From Octopus sinensis (Eukaryota): a DNA stretch of 64,000 nucleotides. Shown here piece after piece: positions 24,681 through 36,521 of this stretch (the stretch's first letter is position 1; every line of letters begins with the position of its first letter). The position numbers were made by a program, and so were the translations under genes. A model generated the notes under the pieces. The model was given only the letters and a program-made list of their open reading frames with translations. It made no database searches and was not told the origin of the DNA. The stretch is taken from NCBI RefSeq assembly GCF_006345805.1, contig NC_043023.1, forward strand, positions 19,716,001 to 19,780,000. The letters are read 5' to 3'.

Positions 24681-24802
24681 ATAGCGTTTTGTGTGCGTGT
24701 GTGTTCAGGTCACCTTGTGTGTATGTGTATGTGTGGCGTTTCGATTATGTATGCGTGAAGGCGGTTTGGAGGAGTGTGTGGGGGTGGGGTGGGTAAATAA
24801 CG

Positions 24803-25982
24803 TGGGTTGTTTAGCCCCAGGTCAGTCCTGATCCAGCAGACAGACCTATGATCAAAGATGTTCCAGCTGTGACCATCCCATCTTATATTCAGGCATAGTG
24901 TATCTAGGACTACATTGTCTAATGTTTAGTATAGTAGTTAGTACTAGTGGCTATAGTTTAGTTGTTTAACCCCAGGTCAGCTCTGATCCAGACAGACCTA
25001 CGATCAAAGATGTTCCAGATGTGGCTATCCCATCTTATATTCAGGCATAGTGTATCAAGGACTACACTATCTAATGTATAGTATAGTAGTAAGTATTAAT
25101 GGCTGTGGTTGTTGTTGTTTAACCCCAGGTCAGCTCTGATCCAGACAGACCTATGATCAAAGATGTTCCAGCTGTGACCATCCCATCTTATATTCAGGCA
25201 TAGTGTATCAAGGACTACACTATCTAATGTATAGTATAGTAGTAAGTATTAATGGCTGTGGTTGTTGTTGTTTAACCCCAGGTCAGTTCTGATCCAGACA
25301 GACCTATGATCAAAGATGTTCCAGCTGTGACCATCCCATCTTATATTCAGGCATAGTGTATCTAGGACTACATTATCTAATGTATTGCATAGTAGTAAGT
25401 ATTATGGCTGTGGTTGTTGTTGTTTAACCCCAGGTCAGTTCTGATCCAGACAGACCTATGATCAAAGATGTTCCAGCTGTGACCATCCCATCTTATATTC
25501 AGGCATAGTGTATCTAGGACTACATTATCTAATGTATAGTAGAGTAGTTAGAATTAGTGGCTATAGATATTGTTTAGCCCCAGGTCAGTCCTGATCCAGA
25601 CAGACCTATGATCAAAGACGTTCCAGCTGTGACCATCCCATCTTTTATTCAGGCATAGTGTATCTAGGACTACATTATCTAATGTTTAGTATAGTCGTTA
25701 GTATTAGTGGCTATAGATGTTTCTTAACCCCAGGTCAGTTCTGATCCAGATAGACCTACGATCAAAGATGTTCCAGCTGTGACCATCCCATCTGTTATTC
25801 AGATTTAGACATAGTGTATCTAGGACTATATTATCTAATGTATTGCATAGTAGTAAGTATTCGTGGCTATAGTTGCTGTTTAGCCCAAGGCCAGTCCTGA
25901 CCCTAATAGACATATGTTCAAAGATGTTCCAGCTGTGGCCATCCCATCTATTATTCAGGCATAGTTTATCTAGGACTATATT
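24803..25982. repeat. About 150-nt tandem array, about 8 copies
   Basis: Repeated CCCCAGGTCAG.TCTGATCCAGACAGACCTATGATCAAAGATGTTCCAGCTGTGACC. Confidence 0.92.
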
Positions 25983-25983
25983 A

Positions 25984-26317
25984 GGATCTTTTCCTTTTGA
26001 ACGGCACATGTCAACACAATTTCTCGTTAACTAAACACTTTTAAACTTCGTATACTGGTTGAATGTGTTTATAAAACATCATTTTTTCTTGGCTTTATTG
26101 AGAAAATTCTATATGTTGTAAGATATTTCCACTTTAATTTCAAGCATTTCGGCAATTTTAACCAATCGCTGGAGTCTATTTGGGGTGAAAACATTCCGTG
26201 CTGTATGAACATGTCCCTCGTTTAAGAAACAGATTGGGTTTATTTACATTTGCGAAGTAAAAAAGATACCCTTCCCCCACCCCTAACCTTAACCCTAAAA
26301 GAGATTGAAATGCAATA
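25984..26317. mobile_element. Partial GGATC-family element (left end and interior)
   Basis: Starts GGATCTTTTCC; interior matches 17760-17990 and the 273-bp unit. Confidence 0.7.
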
Positions 26318-26488
26318 GGCGCAGGAGTGGCTGTGTGGTAAGTAGCTTGCTAACCAACCACATGGTTCCGGTTTCAGTCTCACTGTGTGGTACCTTGGGC
26401 AAGTGTCTTCTGCTACAGCCCCGGGCCGACCAATGCCTTGTGAGTGGATTTGGTAGACGGAAACTGAAAGAAGCCCGTCGTATATATG

Positions 26489-26519
<31 letters not shown>

Positions 26520-27262
26520 TTGTGTGTCTGTGTTTGTCCCCCTAGCATTGCTTGACAACCGATGCTGGTGTGTTTAAGTCCCCATCACTTAGCGGTTCGG
26601 CAAAAGAGACCGATAGAATAAGTAGCTTGTTTACCAACCACATGGTTCCGGGTTCAGTCCCACTGCGTGACATCATTGGCAAATATCTTCTGCTATAGCC
26701 CCGGGCCGACCAATGCCTTGTGAGTGGATTTGGTAGACGGAAACTGAAAGAAGCCCGTCGTATATATGTATATATATATATATATGTGTGTGCATGTATG
26801 TTTGTGTGTCTGTGTTTGTCCCCCTAGCATTGCTTGACAACCGATGCTGGTGTGTTTAAGTCCCCATCACTTAGCGGTTCGGCAAAAGAGACCGATAGAA
26901 TAAGTAGCTTGTTTACCAACCACATGGTTCCAGGTTCAGTCCCACTGCGTGGCATTATGGGCAAATATCTTCTGCTATAGCCCCGGGCCAACCAATGCCT
27001 TGTGAGTGGATTTGGTAGACGGAAACTGAAAGAAGCCTGTCGTATATATGTATATATATGTGTGTCTGTGTTTGTCCCCCTAGCATTGCTTGACAAACGA
27101 TGCTGGTGTGTTTACGTCCCCGTCACTTAGCGGTTCGGCAAAAAGAGACCGATAGAATAAGTACTGGGCTTACAAAAGAATAAGTCCCGGGGTCGATTTG
27201 CTCGAGTAAAGGCGGTGCTCCAGCATGGCCGCAGTCAAAGGACTGAAACAAGTAAAAGAGAG
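26318..27262 (+). mobile_element. Bipartite SINE with a triplicated head-to-mid segment
   Basis: Three tandem CCACATGGTTCC..GAAAGAAG..GAATAAGTA units. Confidence 0.8.
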
Positions 27263-27368
27263 GTTGTTGCCAAGGGCTGTGGAATCGGAAACAGTTAAGG
27301 GGTAGCCGGATGGCATAGGAGTCGGTAAAACTATACCAATTCTGACTCACATTATTTTTATTATTTAA

Positions 27369-27867
27369 CTAGCAGAATTGCCCGGCGTTGCTCGGGTTTG
27401 TAAGGGAAATAACTATATAAGCATTTTTAGAGAGTTATAGCCAAAAAATAGCAAAAAAATGCATTAAAAATGGAAAAAAAATGATGGTAATTTTTTTTTT
27501 TAATCGTTGACACATCGTAGATATTTTTAGAGTTACTTCCCTTATATAATAGCGAAAAAATGCATTAAAATGGAAAAAATGGTAAATTTTTTTTTAAATT
27601 GTTGACTCATCGTAGACATTTTTAGAGTTACTTCCCTTATATAATAGCGAAAAAAATGCATTAAAATGGAAAAAAATGATGGTAAATTTTTTTTAAATCG
27701 TAGACTCATCGTAGACACGTGCTAATACCCAGAAGGGCTCGATATGAATCACGACTATAAGAGACCCGCTTTTGGTTAAACTGCACCGCAAAATGTGGGA
27801 GTAGTTAGGAATCTAAATTGTAGGAGACAGAGTCTCACACACACAACTTCAATTTTATATATAAAGA
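27369..27867 (-). mobile_element. Non-autonomous Helitron-type element
   Basis: On the minus strand: A|TC start, CCCGAGCAACGCCGGGC, CTAG|T end. Confidence 0.75.
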
Positions 27868-27889
27868 TATAAGCCTACTCAAAGTATAA

Positions 27890-28128
27890 ATATATGCATC
27901 TGATGCTTCTTAGGTCCAACTTTTCTCTCAAGGTACCTACACTCTGTCGAGTATGAACACTGACATTACACATCCATCGGAGCATACTGTCTTCATTGCT
28001 TGCAAACTTACACATGTCCTCAGCAGCCACGGCCCATGTTTCTCTGCCATGCACCATACATTCTACCTTTTACTCTGAGCAAGGCCCTTTGTCACCAGCA
28101 GAAGTAGGAGCTCTTTAAACTTTGCCCA
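27890..28128 (-). mobile_element. Degraded RTE-clade RT C-terminal fragment
   Basis: IAWAKFKELL...HGRETWAV...SMLRWMCNVSV...LREKLDLRSIRC. Confidence 0.7.
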
Positions 28129-28676
28129 GGCTATATATATATATAGGAGTGGCTGTGTGGTAAGTAGCTTGCTTACCAACCACATGGTTCCGGGTTCAGT
28201 CTCACTGCGTGGCATCTTGGGCAAGTGTCTTCTACTATAGCCCCTTGTGAGTAGTTTTGGTAGACGGAAACTGAAAGAAGCCCGTCGTATATATGTATAT
28301 ATGTATGTGTTTGTCCCCCTAGCATTGCTTGACAACCGATGCTGGTGTGTTTACATCCCGACACTTAGCGGTTCGGCAAAAGAGACCGATAGAATAAGTA
28401 CTAGGCTTACAAAGAATATGTCCTGGGGTTGATTTGCTCGACTAAAGGCGGTGCTCCAGCATGGCCGCAGTCAAATGACTGAAACAAGTAAAAGAGTAAA
28501 GAGATATATATATATGTGTGTGTGTTTGACGGGCTTCTTTCAGTTTCCGTCTACCAAATCCACTTACAAGGCTTTGGACTGCCCAAGGCTGTAGTAGAAG
28601 ACACTTGCCCAAGGTGCCACGCAGTGGGATTGAACCCAGAACCATGATTCTGACTCACAATATCTTTATTCTTTAA

Positions 28677-29066
28677 CTAGCAGTTTCGCCCGGCGTTGCT
28701 CGGGTTTGTTTTGACCCTTTAGAATTGGAATTTTTGAAAAGTAAAAATTTTGCATTATGTAGCTTGTTATCCTCTTTAAGTGAACATTTTCTGGTTGAAA
28801 TACACTGAAAAATGGCGACACAGCAGTAAAAAAAATCGTTAAAAAATAGGGATTTTCATAGAAAAAACAGCACCTTTTTGATGTAAATAATTTTTGGAGT
28901 TAACATGGTCCGATTTTAATTTTTTCTTCTACGGAAGGAAGAGCAAGCCTTCTCCTATCATACTCTCAATTTTGGTCAACTTGTGCCGCAGGGTCTCGGA
29001 GGAGATAGTGTTAGTTGAAGGCTACCAAACCTGCCACACACAGACAACTTCAGCTTTATATAAAGA
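28677..29066 (-). mobile_element. Non-autonomous Helitron-type element with a different interior
   Basis: Same termini as 27369-27867. Confidence 0.72.
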
Positions 29067-29090
29067 TAGACATAAACCCTAACCCTAACC

Positions 29091-29460
29091 GGAGGCGCAA
29101 TGGCCCAGTGGTTAGGGCAGCAGACTCGCGGTTTCGATTCCCAGACCGGGCGTTGTGAGTGTTTATTGAGCGAAAACACCTAAAAGCTCCACAAGGCTCC
29201 GGCAGGGGATGGTGGTGATCCCTGCTGTACTCTTTCACCACAACTTTCTCTCACTCTTACTTCCTGTTTCTGTTGTACCTGTATTTCAAGGGCCGGCCTT
29301 GTCACTCTCTGTGTCACGCTGAATATCCCCGAGAACTATGTTAAGGGTGCACGTGTCTGTGGAGTGCTCAGCCACTTACACGTTAATTTCACGAGCAGGC
29401 TGTTCCGTTGATTCGGATCAACCGGAACCCTTGTCGTCGTAACCGACGGAGTGCTTCCAT
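29091..29460 (+). mobile_element. tRNA-derived SINE, tail type 1 (resembles Octopus OR-type SINEs)
   Basis: Head GGAGGCGCAATGGCCCAGTGGTTAGGG; other copies at 30945-31298 and 61604-62137. Family name recalled, not verified. Confidence 0.7.
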
Positions 29461-29519
29461 CCAACCCTAATCCTAACATATAAGCCTACTCTAAATATAA
29501 GTGTACGCATATGCTTTAT

Positions 29520-30422
29520 GAAAAGGACAAGCGAGACCATAACCTGTGGGCCTCTACCTGAGATGTAGCCAGTCCACTTATGCATACCTTTCCTTCTTGG
29601 GACACAAAACTCTACTTGTGAAGACCTGTTGAGGCAAGTGAAAATCAAAATCAAAATCGATCAACATGAATGGAAGTTGTAGCTGTGATACCAGTGCTGG
29701 TGGCACGTAAGAGAACCATCTGAACGTGGCCGTTGCCAGCGCTGCCCTGACTGGCCTCCGTGCTGGTGGCACGTTAAAATACCACCTGATCATGGCTGTT
29801 TGCCAGCCTCGTGTGGCCCCCATGCCGGTGGCACATAAAAAGCACCATCGGATCGTGGCCGTTGCCAGCCTCGTGTGGCCTCCATGCCGGTGGCACATAA
29901 AAAACACCATCCGATCGTGGCTGTTTGCCAGTCTCGTCTGGCCTCCATGCTGGTGGAACATAAAAAGCACCATGCGATCGTGGCTGTTTGCCAGCCTCGT
30001 CTTGCCTCCGTGCCGGTGGCACGTAAAAAGCACCATCCGCTCGTGGCTGTTTGCCAGCCTCGTCTGGCCTCCATGCCGGTGGCACATAAAAAGCACCATC
30101 CGATCGTGGCCGTTGCCAGTCTCGTCTGGCACATAAAAAGCACCATCCGATCGTGGCCGTTGCCAGTCTCGTCTGGCACATAAAAAGCACCATCCGATCG
30201 TGGCTGTTTGCCAGCCTCGTCTTGCACCTGTGCCGGTGACACGCAAAAAGCACTCATTACACTCACGGAGTGGTTGGCATTAGGAAGGGCATCCAGCTGT
30301 GGAAACACTGCCAGATCAGACTGGGCCTGGTGCAGCCATCTGGTTCGCCAGCCCTCAGTCAAAATCGTCCAACCCATGCTAGCATGGAAAGCAGACATTA
30401 AACGACGATGAGGATGATGATG
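29520..30422 (+). mobile_element. RTE 3' UTR with an internal about 60-nt repeat expanded (29720-30240)
   Basis: Matches the 57050-57612 UTR; repeated GTGCCGGTGGCAC.TAAAAAGCACCATCCGATCGTGG; (GAT)n tail. Confidence 0.8.
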
Positions 30423-30601
30423 TAGACCACAATCACTTAATTACATAAAGAGAAGTCAGAGGTACTGATAGTTGAGGAGTCAAAGTTTTTAGTTTCGACC
30501 CCACTGCCGCGGTTGTTGCAGTGTATCTTGGTCAAGAAAGCCTAGTGGCGCCAATCCCTCTCCAGGCTAAACTCATTTCTATAGTTGAGTGTACTGGAGC
30601 A

Positions 30602-31298
30602 GGAGGCGCAATGGCCCAGTGGTTAGGGCAGCGGACTCGCGGTCGTAGGACCGCGGTTTCAATTCCCAGACCGGGCGTTCTGAGTGTTTATTGAGTGAAA
30701 AACACCTAAAGCTCCACGAGGCTCCGGCAGGGGATGGTGGTTGTCCCTGCAGTACTCTTTCACCACAACTTTCTCTCACTCTTTCTTCTCTTGGCCTGTT
30801 GCTTAGCCAGCGGGGTGACATCATTTGAAGGCTAAAACAATGCGAAGCACATTGTGACCAGTGATGAGTAGCAAACAACATCTGATAGCCTGGTCAGTCA
30901 CAGTGATCACGGTGATCTATATATATATATAAATATATATATGTGGAGGGGCAATGGCCCAGTGGTTAGGGCAGCGGACTCGCGGTCGTAGGACTGCGGT
31001 TTCAATTCCCACACCGAGCGTTGTGAGTATTTATTGAGCGAAAACACCTAAAAGCTCCACAAGGCTCCGGCAGGGGGTGGTGGTGATCCCTGCTGTACTC
31101 TTTAACCACAACTTTCTCTCACTCTTATTTCCTGTTTCTGTTGTACCTGTAATTCCAAAAGGGCCGGCCTTGTCACTCTCTGTGTCATGCTGAATATTCC
31201 CGAGAACTACGTTAAGGGTACACGTGTCTGTGGAGTGCTCAGCCATTTACACGTTAATTTCACGAGCAGGTTGTTCCGTAACCGACGGAGTGCTTCCA
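30602..31298 (+). mobile_element. Two OR-type SINEs sharing a head but with different tails (30602-30916 and 30945-31298)
   Basis: The first about 180 nt are shared; the tail of the first copy matches the reverse complement of 10065-10190. Confidence 0.7.
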
Positions 31299-31767
31299 TC
31301 CATATTGTACTGGAGCAACAAAAAAAACACAATGGAACGCCCAATCCTGGAATTGAAACCACAATCTTATGGTCAGAATGTAAAGACAGACGAAATACCG
31401 CAACCAAACGGCAACTGAAGCCAACATCTTATCAGAAGGGGAAATGACAGAATTGGCCTCTTTCGGTTTCTGCTGACTAAGTCCACTCAGGAGGCTTTGG
31501 TCAGCCTGGGGTTGTAGTAAAACGAATCGACCCTCAGTACTGAATTTTTTAAGCCTCGTATTTAAGTCTATCAGTCTCTTTTGCCAAACTGCTAAGTTAC
31601 AGGGACGTAAACACACAGACACTGGTTGTCAAGCAGTGGTGGACAAACATGAGCACAAAGGCACACACACACACATATATATCTGTATATGATGGGCTTC
31701 TCTCAGTTTCCATATAACAAATCCACTAAAGTGTTGAGTAGACCTCAGGCTGTGGCAGGAGATATTT

Positions 31768-32623
31768 GGTGCATCTGTGCCAGCTAGTCGTAAGTAGTCG
31801 ATCCTACAACCCTAATCCTAAACCTAACCCTAATCCTAAACCTCACCCTAACCCTAACCTTAGTTTGTTTACTCTTTTACTTGTATCAGTCATTTGACTG
31901 CGGCCATGCTGGAGCACCGCCTTCAGTCGAGCAAATCGACCCCGGGACTTATTCTTTGTAAGCCCAGTACTTATTCTATTGGTCCCTTTTGCCGAACCGC
32001 TAAGTGACGGGAACGTAAACACACCAGCATCGGTTGTCAAGCAATGCTAGGGAGACAAACAGACACACACACACATATATATATACATATATACGACAGG
32101 CTTCTTTCAGTTTCCGTCTACCAAATCCACTCACAAGGCATTGGTCGGCCCAAGGCTATAGCAGAAGACACTTGCCCAAGGTACCACGCAGTGGGACTGA
32201 ACCCGGAACCATGTGGTTGGTAAACAAGCTACTTATTCTATCGGTATCTTTTGCTGAACCGCTAAGTGACGGGGACGTAAACACACCAGCATCGGTTGTC
32301 AAGCAATGCTAGGGGGACAAACACAGACACACACATATATACATATATACGACAGGCTTCTTTCAGTTTCCGTCTACCAAATCCACTCACAAGGCATTGG
32401 TCGGCCCAAGGCTATAGCAGAAGACACTTGCCCAAGGTACCACGCAGTGGGACTGAACCCGGAACCATGTGGTTGGTAAGCAAGCTACTTACCACACAGC
32501 CACTCCTGCGCAAAAAATAATTTATTTACTTAGTTTAAAAAATTATTTAGGATCGACTACTTACGACTAGCTAGCGCGGATGCGCGAGTGCGCGCACCGG
32601 GACCACTGATCGCTAGTAGTACA
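31768..32623. mobile_element. GGTAC-family TIR element inserted in a SINE and filled with SINEs
   Basis: 8-bp TSD AGATATTT at 31760-31767 and 32624-32631; internal IR TAGTCGTAAGTAGTCGATCCTA / TAGGATCGACTACTTACGACTA; host SINE is continuous across the insertion. Confidence 0.75.
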
Positions 32624-33829
32624 AGATATTTGACCAAGGTACCATGCAGTGGGATTGAATCCGGAATTGTGTGGTTGGTAAGCAAACTTCTTAACCACAC
32701 AGCTAAATCCTGAGTGTGTGTGTTAGAGAGAGAGAGAGGGGGGTGGAGGATGTACAGGATCACCAATAACAAGAGGTATTGGTGGTCCTAGAAATAGCAG
32801 CCTAGTCTCCCTAAAAATCACATCCAGCCATGTTAAAACGACGGGGTGGCCACGGCTGGAATGCTTTTGATTGTAAAGGTCTGCTGGAGACAGAAATAAC
32901 GAAAGGTGAGAGGATCACTGAACGACGACAACTGCAAGCGAACGAGGGAGCCTGTTTCTGTTAGAAATAGCAGCCAAATTTCCCTTAAAATTCAAACCTC
33001 TACAGGTCTTGCGGTGGGGGGGGGCAGAAATGGTGGTGGATATGGGGGGGTGGCTAAACAATAACAACACAAACAACAACAGCTACAAGCCAACGAAGGA
33101 GCCTGTTTATGCTAGAAATAGCAGCCAAATTTCCCTTAAAATCATAACCTCTAAAGGTCTTGCGGGGGAGGGCAGAAATGGTGGTGGATATGGGGGGGTG
33201 GCTAAACAATAACAACACAAACAACAACAGCTACAAGCCAACGAGGGAGCCTGTCTCTGCTAGAAATAGCAGCCAAATTTTTCTTAAATTCAAATCCAAA
33301 CCTTCAGTGCGTTAAATAGTGACACATTGGGGAGCTAAAGCATCGTCCAATGCTAAAAATAGAAGTCAAATTCATTTCCTTCCCTTTGATTATCCCCACT
33401 TCCTTTTAAAAGACGATGCAAAGATCATATTTGGAACGGATATGATCACCGTGTTTCCTCTATCTGGCTTGACCTGGGGTTAAGTAACTAACATTAATGC
33501 ACCTATACAACCGCTCTGCGCTGGAAATAACAGCTGAGTTCCCTCCAAATGAAGCACCACTCACTTAGATGTTGCTTTCCCACCGAAAGAACAACATTTA
33601 CGCTTCTACGTTGCTAGAAATAGCAGCTAAGTCTCGAGTCAGTCAGCTGTACTGATGTATTTTAATAATAAACGTTTTAAATAGGAAGTTAAAGTCATAT
33701 GGAAGTGTTTGGTGAGTGAATGTAGGGCAGGATGGGATGGGATGGGATGGGATGGTCGTGTTTGGAACGTCGATCGTTGAACGCGGTTTATTGTGAAAAA
33801 TAAAACAAGGTTTCGGATAATAACAGAGG

Positions 33830-34206
33830 AGGGAGGGGGGATAGAGGGAGGGTGTAGAGAGAATAGAGAGAGGGGGAAGGGAAAGAGAGAGAGATGAGAC
33901 ATGGAAAGAGAAAGACATTCAAAGGACGGAGAAAGGGGGGGAAAAGAAAGACTAAGAAATAGAGAGCGAGAGAGACAGGGAGAAAGAGAAATATAGATAT
34001 ATATATATAAGGAGAGAGAGAGTAAGAGAAGAAACAGGAAGAAGAGTAGAAGGGAGAGATGAAGGCAGGGGAGAGAAGGAAAGAGAGACAAAGAGAAAGA
34101 AATAGGAAGAGAGGGAGGGTAAGAGATAGTGAGAGACAGAAAGACAACAGAGAGAGAGAGTACACAGAAAAATAGAAAGAAAGTAAAGAGACAGAGAGAG
34201 AGAGAG
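33830..34206. repeat. GA-rich polypurine tract in LIN54 intron 1
   Basis: Seen directly. Confidence 0.9.
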
Positions 34207-34367
34207 ACGCTCCTGTTCACGCGCTGTCACCCGCCACTAAGCCGCCGACTTGGGTCTGTCCAGAGAATATTAGGGTTATAGTGTTGTTGTAGAAGTAGGG
34301 AAAGCTTAAAGGAGTCCGAGGCCCCAGGAAAGGGGCCAGAAAAACCCAAGCAAAACCATCAACTAAC

Positions 34368-34386
34368 CTGTATTCTCAGCAGGCAT
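34368..34386 (-). CDS. LIN54: LIN54-like first coding exon (MPAENT-G)
   Basis: ATG at 34386; CAG|GTTAGT donor in phase 1 joins exon 2 (G+GC); lies in a short unique island containing CpGs and promoter motifs. Confidence 0.72.
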
Positions 34387-34401
34387 TCTGGATATTTTCC
34401 G

Positions 34402-34417
34402 TTCAAAATCACGCGCC
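34402..34417 (-). promoter_or_regulatory. Candidate CDE/CHR element (GGCGCG-TGAT-TTTGAA)
   Basis: Canonical CHR TTTGAA preceded by a GC-rich CDE with a 4-nt spacer, 16 nt upstream of the ATG; ETS-like CGGAAGT at 34457-34463. Confidence 0.55.
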
Positions 34418-34554
34418 CACCATTAATGATATCCCATAATAGTGTGTATAACACCGACTTCCGTTACTGAGAGAGAAAGTGGGAGGAGAGAAAGATAGCG
34501 AGAGAGAGAGAGGGTGACGCGGAGAAAAAGGAGGGAGTAGGAGAAGGCAGAGAA

Positions 34555-35345
34555 AGATATATAGCTAGAGAGGGAGAGTGAAGAGAGCCGTAGAGAGGGG
34601 GGAAAAGCTAGAGAGGGAGAGTGAAGAGAGCCGTAGAGAGGGGGGAAAAGCTAGAGAGGGAGAGTGAAGAGAGCCGTAGAGAGGGGGGAAAAGCTAGTGA
34701 GGGAGAGTGAAGAGAGCCGTAGAGAGGGGGAAAAAGCTAGAGAGGGAGAGTGAAGAGAGCGGTAGACAGGGGGGGGAAGCTAGTGAGGGAGAGTGAAGAG
34801 AGCCGTAGAGAGGGAAAAAGCTAGAGAGGGAGAGTGAAGAGAGCGGGGAAAAAGCTAGAGAGGGAGAGTGAAGAGAGCCGTAGAGAGGGGGAAAAAGCTA
34901 GAGAGGGAGAGTGAAGAGAGCCGTAGACAGGGGGGGGAAGCTAGTGAGGGAGAGTGAAGAGAGCCGTAGAGAGGGAAAAAGCTAGAGAGGGAGAGTGAAG
35001 AGAGCCGTAGAGAGGGGGGAAAAAGCTAGAGAGGGAGAGTGAAGAGAGCCGTAGACAGGGGGGGGAAAAGCTAGAGAGGGAGAGTGAAGAGAGCCGTAGA
35101 GAGGGGGAAAAGCTAGAGAGGAAGAGTGAAGAGAGCTGTAGAGAGGGGGGGGAAAGCTAGTGAGGGAGAGTGAAGAGAGCCGTAGAGAGGGGGGAAAAAG
35201 CTAGAGAGGGAGAGTGAAGAGAGCCGTAGAGAGGGGGAAAAAGCTAGAGAGGGAGAGTGAAGAGAGCCGTAGACAGGGGGGGGAAAAGCTAGAGAGGGAG
35301 AGTGAAGAGAGCCGTAGAGAGGGGGAAAAAGCTAGAGAGGGAGAG
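34555..35345. repeat. About 44-nt purine-rich minisatellite, about 18 copies
   Basis: Unit AGCTAGAGAGGGAGAGTGAAGAGAGCCGTAGAGAG(G)nAAAA. Confidence 0.93.
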
Positions 35346-36193
35346 ACAGAGTGAGATAAAGGCAAAGGGAGAGAGAAGAAGAAGGAATAGAGATAAAGGA
35401 AATTAGAGGGAGAGAAAGAGTAAGAAAAAGGGAAAGAGAGAAGAAGAAGGAAAAAGATATAAAGAAAATGAGAGGGAGAGAAAGAGCGAACGGAAAAGTG
35501 CGGAGCAGACGTTGCTTCCGTATATTTAACTACTCATACCACTACTCCATCGGTTTCGTTCTTTCATTTCACCTTACTGGCTTTATAATTTCTAATTATA
35601 GTTTTTAAATTATAAATTATAATTAAAAATTATAATTATGGTTTTTAAATCACTTGATTCGTGTGTCTTGCACTTCGATTTCTTGCTTATCCCTTACCCC
35701 TCTCTCTCACTCACATTTAACTCCGAGCCTGCTCTGCTCCTATTTCCGCTTCGCTTAGTTACATCACTCTTACCGCCACTCTCTCAACTCCACTCAAGCT
35801 TCACTCATACATACGTTGCAGAGTAGAGTAACGCTGAGGTCCCTTCGCTACATTCAACTACTCAGCCCCATTTATTCCCCTCTCAACTTAGTTTGCTTTA
35901 CTTCTGCACTTTTAATAAATAATAATAATAATAAAACATTGTGTACGGGGCTCAGGTGCACTACAACTCATCTAAAGTGTGTGTATAGTACATAGGATAA
36001 TGTACAATCGTCAGGTAAAGAACAGTGCATGGGTCATGACATACACATATGTGTATGAGTATGGAAAGGGGACAATCAGGTCGGAAAGGATGAGGGGCCC
36101 CACTTGACTTAAGTGCGGGATCTTTTCGGTTTCACCGGAAGTTTTTCCTAGCGGTGTCGTATGAAATTGTCACCCAAAATTATGACCCTAGTA

Positions 36194-36252
36194 GGATCTT
36201 TTCAGTTTGCTAGAAAAATCTGAAAAATCTGGCCTTCAAACTGAAAAGATCC
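36194..36252. mobile_element. 59-bp mini TIR element
   Basis: Perfect 16-bp TIR GGATCTTTTCAGTTTG and perfect 8-bp TSD CCCTAGTA. Confidence 0.85.
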
Positions 36253-36521
36253 CCCTAGTATCGATCTATTGCATTTCAATCTGTTTTAGGGTTAGAGGTG
36301 GGGGAAGGGTATCTTTTTTTTCTTCACAAATGTAAACAAACCCAATCTGTTTCTTAAACGAGGGACATATTCATACAGCACAGAATGTTTTTTACCTCAA
36401 TAGACGTCATTGATTGGCTGAAATTGCAGAAATTGAAGAAAATAAAACAACAAATATCTTACAAACTATAGAATTTTCTCAATGAAGCCAAGAGAAAAAG
36501 ATGTTTAATAAACACCTTCAA

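Noticed and set aside
29091-29170. tRNA genes at SINE heads
   Set aside because: They have A/B boxes but no complete cloverleaf or acceptor stem, and they continue into SINE bodies.
31809-31862. Interstitial telomere (CCCTAA-like run)
   Set aside because: Short, degenerate and internal to TIR elements; the same motif recurs in the GGATC family.
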